Assembly: GCA_040954595.2 (NCBI GenBank)
Contig: CM082590.2
Coordinates: 9,698,088 to 9,762,087 of the forward strand
Direction: 5' to 3'
Length of the DNA: 64,000 nt
Source of the DNA: Balanoglossus misakiensis
Taxonomy: Eukaryota > Animalia > Hemichordata
Shown: positions 12,144-23,670 of the stretch, piece by piece
How the letters are laid out: each line of letters starts with the position of its first letter
How positions within the stretch are numbered: position 1 is the stretch's first letter
The notes under the pieces: model-generated
Told to the model about the DNA's origin: nothing
The model's input: only the letters and a program-made list of their open reading frames with translations
Databases searched by the model: none
Translations under genes and position numbers: made by a program

Positions 12144-14032
12144 AAGTTTTAAAAGCAAAAGTTCTAAAATTTCGTTTTTATTGACATGATGAACTAAGTA
12201 AGCACTGTCTTCGGTTCAATGTCATATCATATTAGCTTGATGAAAGATCAAAGTGTGTGTTTGACTTTGATCTTTGACATATAGTCATTAATAGTAGCAT
12301 TAATTGTTTTGATGGTGAGACCACACACTTTTCGAAATCCGGTGATTGACGTGGCAGGATCACTTTTAGCAGTTGTCAGTTTATGACGGATCTGTCAGTT
12401 AATTTTAATATAACACGCAAATGTCTGTAACGAGAGTGGTTCGTGACAAGCATCATGCCATGCAGCTATTTCTTTGCAACTTGTTCAGGATATCAAATTC
12501 TTGGACAAATGGTAACATCGGTGGAGTAAATGCTAACGTACATACAAACTTGTTATAACGCCAAACCAAGAGAACTTGTTTGAACTGTGGATTTTAGGGA
12601 AAGATATAAATTTAGAAGTATAACATAGGGCTGGATTGAAATTCTTGGCCAACTGTTTCACACATGGCTGTGTCCCAATTGCTGGGTTTATTTCTGATGT
12701 TTTCACTCCACGATTATTTACAGCTGCGACATGTGTGTTTGTAACTATGCATGGGGCATTCTGCAGATTCCATTATGACATCTGAAGTTGTGATGCTGAA
12801 CACAAGGCAGTAATATTTCAAAAGTTGAAACAATTTACGACATATTGTCTGCATTGCCGTAATAAAATCTGTCTTGTCTGGGACTTGATTTTAAGTGAAA
12901 AACAATATTTTTGGAGTTAAAATGATTTAACCAATTCTTAAAAAGTATAACTATTGTCAAAGTAAAAATAAATATCTGCATACAAACTTATTATAATAAC
13001 GATTTTATCTGAAGCGTAGATAACAATGTTCATAATTGGTGAATGTTCAGTTTCAAAAGTATGCCCTCATAAAATGTAGTCTTTTAAGAGTGTCAGGGAC
13101 ATCCATCAACACAATTAGTGTTGGTCAAAAAATCAAGAGTCAACTGAGGTCAGACTCTCTCATGCAGTCAACCATAGGGGGTTCAAAGTCTGACAGATTG
13201 ATGCGTTTATTTCCAAATACGATGAAAATGTGACAATATATGGAGCAGAGAATGGGGAATTTGTGTCAGGCACTTGGTGCTCTTGGAAAGTCAACTTGTC
13301 ATCTTTCTCACAAAATTAAAACTTCATAAGTTTCTACACATTTTTTTCAAATATGATCTGTCGACAATTGATGTCCATTGGTTCTAAAATAAAATTATGA
13401 AACAATTTTTGCTGCATTGACAATCCATACGTACATTTAAAAATATGTTTTGCTATAATGCATCAGGGGAATTGCGATGGAAGAAACAGAATGATCTATC
13501 GTAGGCATAGTTGACATAATTTTCATATGAGGCACACATTTATCAGAAACTTTAGTAATCGAAATGCCCAGCCAAGTTTTATCTTTCACAAAATCAAAAG
13601 TATCATATTTTCATAACGAAATAAAATACGCCCAATGGGCTGTCGTGTGTCAAGATGGCCGATCAGTCCAGTTATATGACACGGAAAACATTCAGCGCAG
13701 ATGTAAATACCTGAGACAACTGGTTTCTTGACCTTTGTAATGATATCTTGAACTATGAACGTTATCCTTAGCAATAGAGGTGTTATTACCTGCATTCTAA
13801 TATTTTCTTCAGTAATTTTTTCTTTTTTTTTTTGATCAATCCTGATGTCGGATTATGAACTACTTTATCGATGGGCCCAGTAGGATATTTTAATTTTCAA
13901 ATTAATCTCTTTCATATACCACCATCAACTTTGCTCTGTTCCGTTTATGAACAAGCACCAGGGACTCACAGAAACATTTCAATATTGCCTTCTGTTTTCC
14001 ACACCTGTTTATTTTGCTGCTGTTGAAACAGG

Positions 14033-14384
14033 TGTTGCGAAGAAGGAACACAGTCTTCTCTCAAATCGACGATTTATTCGACCATGGATACTAACCAATG
14101 CGAATTAATACAAACTCACCGAGCCATTCAGTCACAAACTATTTATATTTCCAGGTCCAAAACTTTAACTACAGTGGGACAAAACTGTTAGGCTTTTCTC
14201 ATATTTAAATAAAGTATTGAAATGCAAAATAAAGTATTGAAATGCAAAATAAAGTATTGAAATGCAAAATAAAGTATTAAAATGCAAATTAAGAACCATG
14301 GGAGTGGTTCTTCTTTTCTCCAACAGGTGCCATTCTGTACATGTGCACCTGTCAATATTCACACTCTTATAAAATCATATTTGC
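14033..14384 (+). mobile_element. Dispersed repeat family A, copy 1 (internal 20-bp tandem array x4)
   Basis: Shares TGTTGCGAAGAAG...ACACAGTCTTCTCTC...AAAACTTTAACTACAGTG...(AAATAAAGTATTGAAATGCA)n...GGAGTGGTTCTTCTTTTCTCC with the copies at 26021 and 40948. Confidence 0.85.
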
Positions 14385-16798
14385 TGAGAATATGATGTTT
14401 CTTAAATATTAAAATCATGTATTCATTAGTGTGTATTTCAGTTTTGTGGTCTCTGCATCACGGATCACTAAAATCTGTGGAGAACTGTTTTGGTTAAATT
14501 AATTTAGATACGTACATATACACACATCATGCACGCAGATGCGAAATATTGGCTGAAAGGACAATGTAAATAGTTTTATGAAACATAGTTTGGTTGCTCA
14601 ATGGTGAAAAAGATGGAAAAAGGGCCATTTAATCGAAGAAATGTTCATTACAATAATAGAGTCTGGAAGCCTTAATTATTAGATATCAAATTAAATAGGA
14701 TTTATTTGATGATCAATTATATCATATTAATACATACAGAGCCATCATTGTCTGAATTGTGACAATTACATATATTCTTATAATCATTTCTGGTACTTCC
14801 TGGACTTTTAAATCCCGAATTACATCATTTCCTGTCAATTTCAACTCAGGGTTTTGTAAAAAAACACATTTATTTAACTTTATCAGGAAATTAAGGTGTA
14901 CTGGTTTGTGGATGTATTGTGAAATTCTTCAGTTATGAAGGATGTCCTCAGAAAGTTGGCTCTGGTGGCAAACTTCGGTCTGCCTCTGTGTCTAGTCGGT
15001 ATTTGCCGCTTGGTTGATTTATAAACCTGATTTATCACTAATTGGTGTCGTGTTTCGGGCAAAGTGCTTAATGTAAAATGGTCTCTTTTTGTTCGGGTGT
15101 TTGTTTATTATGTGTGTATTTAAAATGAAGTTGGATGATAGTTCAGGGACAGATAGTCTGGGATGGTGAGTGTGTGCAAGTCGGCTGTTTTTGTGAAACT
15201 TTCCACGCCATTTCTCAGTTCGATGCATCGTAACACTCTGGCCAGTGAACGCATATAAAGTTGAAACAAACTGTGACTCCAAACGTAATTTTTCATCAGC
15301 TTTCGAGAGGAGTACATATACGCAAGTTACACCCGGACAAGACATTCTGTGTTGAGGCCCTTGATAGGCTGAGAATAAGACTACCATCCACAGAAAACCA
15401 ATCAGTAGTTGTGTTACAATTACATGGTGATGTCAATCGACAGTTTTGATGCAGGCTGCCTGTTGCTTAACGTCATCTGGTGTAGTTTCTACGATTGTGA
15501 AATCTTCTCGTAAAATTTACCCTTTGCAGCTGTTGGCCTTGACTTTAACGAGAAATTGAAGCAGGATATTTGAAAATATCTCACGAAATATGTGATATTG
15601 TCACGCGCCTAGCAACCCTTGTCACTTGAACCATTTTAAAAAGTTTGCTTTTCGTGTCCTGGTGTATCCAAACGCAAGGTCAGAGGTCAGTGGTGATGTC
15701 GTCATTCGCGAGTGTGTGTTTTCTTTTTCACACTACAGTAGATGAATCAGGTTTCCTCTCCTCAGTCGTCTGTCTGTAGTTCGGTCTCGCTCCTGCTAAT
15801 CTGACGTTAACCGCTGACATTCCAAGAATTGTGGCAGTTCACTTTTTTTTTCCGCCTGGTCTCCGTTCGTGTTTGGAACAGTTTCCAGCTGCAACAACAT
15901 TGGATATAAGTTTCTGATTTCGCCGGTGTGTGTGCTTTATTCTTCGATAAACCAACAGCTTTGGAAAACGCCAGGTCTGCGCTTGTGTTGAGGACATTGT
16001 TCAGCTGAAAAATCATTGGATATAACTTTTTGATTCCTCGTTTTCCTGACGATTGCAAACCAACAGCTTGGGAAACTGCTGTCGCGAACTTCCGGCAAGA
16101 AAACTGCTGCATAAGTAGAGCTGGAAGTATCAAACTTTACGACGCAGACGGTCTGAGACTCCAAAAACAGCAACATTTGTGTCATTAACTCACACCGTAT
16201 AAATAATCACCAATTGCTGTAATAGAGTGATGGATGCACGTCACCCCAGCGGGCGTCATTTTACGTGACCTTTGACATGACCGATATTTTGGTCTTGAAA
16301 ATGCTGTCGTAAAAACTTTTATGGCTATTTTTGTTTTTCCTGGAGCCTGTTGGTTGCGGTACTCCAGTCCTGGCGGTGGTAACGATTAGAAGGTGTGATT
16401 TTCCAGTTTATGAGGAGAGTTAGTCTGTTTTATATTCTGCTGCTCAAACTTCTCCCTCAGTATATTCCATCCGACCAGTGTATTCCTTCCGAACGCAGCC
16501 AGAATCTTTTCCGTGCCCGATAACTTCTTCCGATGGAATTATCCCGGTGTTATTTTTAGCCAGCTGCCAATTCGTTATGGAATGCTTCCTGGAGATATGT
16601 TTATCCGGGATTGCTTGAACGACACCATTCCGTAGGAAGAGTTGTAGTGATACCGGTATCCACTGCTTTGAAGGCTGTTAGTCTTATTATCATAAACAGG
16701 GAAAAAACCTTGTGGATGTTTACGCCTCCCTGCGAGTCATCCCTGTGAAGTTGGAAGACAAAAAAAACATTGAAATTTGGACAGGGCAAACATCAACC

Positions 16799-16855
16799 AT
16801 GTTCTCTGGAAGTAATACCGTTCACCAGAGACAAACACGGACAAACGCTGATGTG
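16799..16855 (+). CDS. Candidate alternative first exon (19 aa, MFSGSNTVHQRQTRTNADV), phase 0
   Basis: caaccATG start context and donor GTG|GTAAGA at 16856, followed by an abrupt shift to AT-rich sequence. The frame is open back to a TAG at 16679-16681. Confidence 0.42.
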
Positions 16856-17772
16856 GTAAGATTTACTAAAATATAAATTCATACACTATATAATTCTACC
16901 AAAGGAAAGCCTGGTTACTCATTATATTGCTATTCAGTTTAATTGGATTAGGTTTCCATCATAGCTGCTTGACTTCTGGTGAATTTTTGGTCAACTTTTG
17001 TCAACATTTTCTGTCATCAGACCATACGATACAAGCAAGACATTGGTACATCTGTAATATGAAAATTTACTGTGATTATCGGTCACCGTGAATCATTGAA
17101 AATACCAGTCCTGTTTTGTGTGTAGGTTAATTTATGTGACTGTGTCAAATCATTATTAAGTAGTTATCTGGTGGACAGTACAGACCACACAAAAACAGCT
17201 TGATATCTTCAGTTCTGAGATGAAAGTGGTCGAGTATGCGTGTGTTCTCTCTCACAAATCTTCTGAGTGTTTCTGAAATTAGATCTTAAATTGCACCATG
17301 GTTGATCACAGCTGTCCAGAGTTTGTTGCGTCATGGATACTTCAGAAAAACAAGAGTATCTATGGTCTCACAGTCGCATTAAGTAGAGACAGTGATGTCT
17401 TGATGTTTGGAAATGGTCATCTATTATTCAAAATTGAAAATGAAATCAGAAAGTAGAAAATATTTGCTCTCCCTGGGTCATGTGCTAGACGTGGCAATCA
17501 AAACATTGCAGTGTACTTGGCCTGGAGTATGAAGGACAAATGATCACTAAGGATCAAAGGTCATGCACTTGTTCTCAGTTGGAAGAACAGAGATTGTGCA
17601 ATTTTGACGGAGAAGAAATTCTTGGACTCAATGATGTTCAACTTTATTTTAGAACAAAATAGCATACTATTCTCTGGTTATTTTCTTTGATTGAAAATTG
17701 TCTCTTAAAGTGAGCAGAATTTCATAATTTTCAGATAAATCTTAATGTTTGTAAACCTCAGTTGGGGAACCA

Positions 17773-17857
17773 CCCTTCCACCCCTAGTTCTCTCTATAGA
17801 GGTCCAACGGTACCATAGAAAACAATGGGTTTGGAATGAACCATGGTGGTGAAAGGG
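17773..17857 (+). mobile_element. piggyBac-type MITE, same family
   Basis: CCCTTCCACCCC...AGAGGTCCAAC...AACAATGGGTTTGGAATGAACCATGGTGGTGAAAGGG|TTAA. The left TTAA has been lost. Confidence 0.8.
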
Positions 17858-18152
17858 TTAAATTGGCACTAAATAACGGGACAAATGTCTGGCCTTTGAC
17901 ATCCTGCCTTTTGCCGGAAAAACATTGCAATGTGCATATCATCTACAACCTTGGAAAAATCTCATAAAATATAGGAAGCTGTTGAGGTTATAACCTTCAA
18001 AACATAGTTTGTATAAGAATTCCCATTCATCATCGTATCAACCATTTTCTGTGACAGTTTCAACATACGAAACATCATATTCCATTTTGCATCCTCCCAT
18101 TGATCAGTACGCTAACATTAACATTACTGTCATTAAAGAGACATGTCTTCCA

Positions 18153-18165
18153 GTTGCTTGGCAAC
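18153..18165. promoter_or_regulatory. RFX X-box-like motif (13-mer)
   Basis: GTTGCTTGGCAAC, a near-perfect palindrome. Confidence 0.4.
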
Positions 18166-21100
18166 TCATCAAATGATAATCAACAAAGCGTGAAATTAAA
18201 CTCGTCAAATAAACGATTTAATTGATGTTAATAAACAGATATCACTTGATACATAACATTTAAGAACTGTGCTGGCTAAAGTATTGACATGTTTTTGTAA
18301 ACATAATATCATAAATAAGGTGAATTCTCACGCAAAAGTGACTTACAAATAGAAAGCGATGCTAACCCTGGTATGATGGGAAAGACAGATGTACTTGTTT
18401 ACTCAGCATTTCACTATATCATAGAAACGTCTGATAATTCATGGATTATTTAATAGCACAGTGTGAGTGGCCGTAAATTTTCACAGTTTAGATTTATTGC
18501 GAATGGCTGGGCAGCATTGATTTTAGAAACAGTTGGTTTGCGTTTGCATGCATAATGGATAGTGTTTTCAGTGGCGGTTGTGCGTAAGAGAAAGTGATAA
18601 TGAATTTATCACTGAGGGCGTTGAGAGGATGATGCTATGAAAAATCCAGAGAGACTACAGATGTATATTTTACAGAGTGCTTTATTTGAAACAGGCTATT
18701 TTCACGCAAAATCTCGCAAGGTTTTGCGGAGTTCTAACTAGAATGAAAGGTTGATTTTAAGAAATGGAAATCAGTATTTTGTCTGATATCAGAAAGATTT
18801 AGGTCAAAGGCTAAACAATAAAAACATAACATGATGTAATGGATGTGCTATAAATTTGTCAGATGCCAGTATCAGATCGAAGGTCAGAAGAATAGAGACT
18901 CGCGTCTTCTGCAAGACGTGTATGATGGGTAATGAAGAACGCACGGTTCCCATCAAGACGTTCTCATCAATCAAATATTTAATTCAGTTGTTGCATATAA
19001 TGCTGTCGTAAATCTACACGAGTCTTAAAAGGAACCAGGCGTTGGAAACATCAGTAACACCCGGTGTTTGGTTTTGAGAGCTGTATGAATCATGTGTGTG
19101 CGTTGAGACTTATTTCTCGGTTTCTGCAGAACCAAGTTCTGAGAGAAGCAGTTGGCTTGAAAGAATCTTAAAGTAAAATACAGAAATGTCGTTTTGATTG
19201 TGCGAAAATTTTGTTAGAGTGCGCCCTCTTATAGCTGAGTTGTAAGATCCTTTTGTCTCTACCACAGTGGGGCCCGACTTGCAGTTTCGAGCATGGGGTG
19301 TTTGTGTGCATTCTACTACCATATGATTACAAGTTGATACATTGCTTGTTCGGTCAACATGTTTCTGTGATAACGATAACCGACCCTGGACAAAATACGA
19401 AAGATACCCCAAAGAAGCTACCATCGCTATAATTGATGATTCTGGTGGCAAATACCTCTTTCACGAACTTAATAATCAAACCTTGTACTTATGCAGTGTC
19501 TGGAGACATCATTACTATTATCTTGTTGGTGCCATGCCCGTCCCTCATTAAAGAGCCCCCTCTAGATCCCCTCGCAGGCAAAACAGACAGTGACCGACCC
19601 TTCAAATTGCAACAATTGCTGCTCTTGATATGTTGCAATTAAGCGAAGCCAATTATTTCCGCTCTTTAACTATCTGTGGGTTAATTTAGACATTGGTTTT
19701 CCTCAACCTTTGAAAGATTTGTGTGGTCTTGCTACTCTGTGGGAACTCGCTCATGCAGAAGTAATCAAGCTCTTGATTAGAATTGTCCACTATGCTTGTT
19801 CGTCCTTGGGAACATCCCTGGCCATGCGTAATTGTACTCTGCTAAAGTAATAAACCAATTGAGAATGCATAAACTGAAAATTTCGAAACTTTGATTTGCT
19901 GTGTAGTGTTAGTGTCGCAGTAAAAGTACTGAAACAATGTCTTGTAATTATTTATCAACAAGGCTGGTATGAATGTATTGTGATCGTAGACAAGTAAAGT
20001 TAGATTCACCTCACTAGTCAGTAACTATGAACTTCATTGGGCTGGGAAACTTCAATGATTCTAGCCTAGCCATCAGCTTGCGTCCAAGATTAAGCAAGTA
20101 TTGGTCAGCCAAGCTGCCAATTAGGGTGGATCTTTGGTGGAGAATTAGCCAGACTTGATAAATGAGTTCTCTGTGAGGAGAATTTACGATTCTCAGCAAG
20201 TGTATAACCTTGCTTGTAGGCTTGATAAATGTGCTGTTTTTATGGGGACTTTGAGATTCTGCGCAAGTATAAGCTTGCTGTAAGGCCTGTAAGCCTTCAA
20301 TCTAACAAGCAGGTCCCTTTAGGCTATTCTTGAAGTTGTCTATATTGACGTCAGCTCCCAGTGCTTGCCTAAAATTTCAGGTGTTTGCAGAAGGTCTGAG
20401 GAAACAAGGAATCGTTTTTCTTTCCCCTTGTGTTTTCTGCTCAAGTTATAAAGTATCCGAGGTTTGACTTCAATATTTGGTCAGTGTGTTTGCTGAGTAC
20501 AATGGTGAAGGTTGTGTTGGTAACTTGAGAAGGTTTTGTGTCAGGGTTTTTTGAAGATGTTTGCACAAAGTGTGTAGTGATTTTTGTCCGTGATCGCATG
20601 TTGCGTTGTGCAACAACATCTATTGTTGCTGAAATCTTGTAAGTTGCATTGAAATTTCCCAAGTTAGATCTGAAATAAACTGGTTTTATAAGCAGCTAAT
20701 TTGCCTAATATTGACACTTTATAATTTCAGAACTTCAACATATCACTCAGCAAAAATTAGGTTAATCAAATATTCTCAAAATTCTGTTATTTGGGTTAGA
20801 GTAAAGACATACTGGGTGATCCAGTTTCCACATTTTTCGCACATTTTATTTACCAAATCCTTCCCATCTAATATCACCAAACAAATTATCATGGTGACTG
20901 TGATTTTCTTAATGAATTTCTGATCCGTTTTTTTCGGACCTGATGAATGCCTCACGATTGGTATTATGATTATATTTACCCCATACAAAGTTTGCAGGAT
21001 AGCTGAATTAATGGTTTTCTCAAGAGACTTTTGACTGAGAAATTCTGTCGGAAAAGACCTTATAAGAAAACAAAAATCCATTGAAGGAAAAATATGGGGC

Positions 21101-22680
21101 AATGAAGAGAAATTCTAAAGGTTTTTGTTGTGTCTATAAAAAGATATTGATATCAGAGCCTATTCAGGTATATTTTCCCGGCTGAAGTAAATTTTAAGTA
21201 TTATTTCCCTGAGATATTGAGTTTTCCATTGATAGCATCTGGATGTGTTAGTTTTCAATTCATTATTTTTGTAACCTATTACATTATACATTCCTCGATA
21301 ACACAACATTTGTGATAGCTACAAAGCATATCCTGCAGGAGAAATTCCACACAAGGCATGCAGTGTGGTTATTTTCAACAGACTAATTTCAAATAACACT
21401 CAATAAAATCCACTAACAACAGAAATTGAACAAATCTTGATTTAATGCTTTCGATTTATTAGAGCTCAGCTCAAGCAGTGCCGTTCTCACGCGCAGATTG
21501 ACCGTAGAAATTTGAATAAGCCTGTTTTGTGCTCTTCTCTTTAACAGCAAAATCGCCACTCGTAAAGACTGATAAATTATGTGTATTTTTCTTGAATTTT
21601 TCAATGCCAAATTTATCGTTTCAGTAATATTATGTCACAGGACTACTTTGTGACAAAAATGTTGAATAATTTATTTTTTCCCATGATAGTTTATGTCATG
21701 TGTATTTCAGTATTTCATTCTTAAATTCATTACTTCACAAGATATTGCTCAAAACTCATCTATCAATAAAGTTATGGACAATTGATGGATGGTTTCATCA
21801 ATTTTCATTTTCAACAATAATCAATTCAATAATATAAGTCACTATAACCAAATCTTAGATTTTCAAAACCCTTGGCAATCATTTTGAATCATTGTGATGG
21901 TTAGTAAATTTATCAAGAATGCTTTAAGATATAGAAACAACAGTAGAGTTAACTTGTTACAGTGTTACATATCTGCATATGGCATGTTTATGGTGATTTA
22001 TTTGCTTAAAAATACTACCCACGTTTGAATAATTTAAAAAAATTCCCTTCAGACTTCTAGAATATAAAATAGTTTATGATCCCTCACGATTTCATCATAA
22101 AACATTAAACGTAATGAGACTAACATGTGAAACAGAGGAGTGAAAATTGGGCTTAATTTTCAAACCATCAGGATAAGTTATTTAGTTGTCAGTATTTATT
22201 GATAGCAAGTTCACTGTTAGCTATTTTATCTGTTGAGAGCAACTTCACTCTCCAAGTACGAACACACATCCCTGTGATATATAGGAGTAAGATCTTAGAA
22301 GTGTCGGAGATGAATGAGGTATTAATATCGAGTCTGAATCTGAAAATTGTAATTCAATATATCGGAGACAGCTGACAATGCCATACCGATACATCTTACA
22401 AACACGGACCGTAAGTCGGAATTGTGTCAATATGCATCTCGTTCCTCAGATGGTTGCCGCTATATTTATTCAAGTTTTGGATGATGCTTCGCGATATTGA
22501 GTACTTTCAACGAGCCGTCTAATGGCCGCATAGGGCAAGGTGCAGGCAGTATCCTTATTACTTGTTCAGTGAAGATTTGACACAAATTGTCGGACGAAGG
22601 GGTTGTTTTTCATAATTGTCTCTCCTGAAATGAGAATTTGTTGTCCTAGGCTTTTACATGGCTGACAAGAGGCATTAAAA

Positions 22681-22738
22681 TCTGATTGGATATAGCCAAT
22701 CAGATGCAATGCAAATCAACCAATCACAGTTCCCAATC
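22681..22738. promoter_or_regulatory. Cluster of four CCAAT boxes (NF-Y-like)
   Basis: ATTGG at 22685 and CCAAT at 22696, 22720 and 22733. The first two form the inverted pair TCTGATTGG/CCAATCAGA. Confidence 0.45.
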
Positions 22739-23595
22739 ATCAGCATCCTAATTCAAAACAGTTAGTACTGTAAAATGTTTATTAGAAGCTGTGGATTAAA
22801 TAGAAGATTTTTCTCACCAATCTCATATATCCGGAAATGCACCTGGACTGTGGAATTGTACCAGTACAAATATGTAACTGTTAGAAATTCTTAATTACAC
22901 ACAAAAATTAATTCAGTTCAAGGGTGCCAAGTCAAATTAAAACAAAGGTATCAATTTTGATGAGGCTTCAGATAGGCGTTGTACTGTAACCGTTAAAAGT
23001 CTAGACTACCCTCGGAGATCTTGCCATTCTGAACTCCGCAGTCAGAGGGCAGGCTTCATGAAGTCTTCCGTGGTATTCCCGTGGAATTGATCATAAAGTG
23101 ACTAGTGGTGCACGGAGCAGCCGGAATACTTGCCTGTGTTGTGATAACCCAGCAACCAGAAAGTCTTTGCTGTGGAAAGTTACAGATAATTCCTACGGAG
23201 AGATATATTTTCCGGGAGGATCATTTTTTGACTGAATGCAGCACTGTTCAAGGAGATTTTCCGTGGTCTTCAGCTGGTTTCCATTTGTTTTCCGTGTGGA
23301 GATTTTCCGTTGAGATTAATTGGTCCGGAGTGTTCCACCACAGATGGTGCACCAAACCATGGAATTCTGAAGAATTACGTTCCTGTGTGATTGTTCCCAG
23401 TTCGTCCATAAAACACCGGCAGATAAATTTTGTATTTTTTGCCTCGGGTTGCTTTTTTCAGTTGGGTCGCTTTTATCATCACAGCGTTGTAATTGCTAAA
23501 GAAATACACCTAATTGGGTTCTCCATGAGATTTGATCAAACGACGTTTGGTTTCCCCGGGATACTTTGTGTCGTTGGATATTTTTCCTTCCAACC

Positions 23596-23670
23596 ATGTG
23601 GAACACCAGCACTGGGACTGAGTTTTCCTCCGATTCCGAAGACTCTAGTCTGGATTCAGCTCCGGAAAGG
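23596..23670 (+). CDS. Candidate alternative first exon (25 aa, MWNTSTGTEFSSDSEDSSLDSAPER), phase 0
   Basis: caaccATG start context and strong donor AGG|GTAAGA at 23671. The peptide is Ser/acidic-rich. There is a GC-richer leader at about 23000-23595 and a CCAAT cluster at 22685-22737. Confidence 0.5.
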
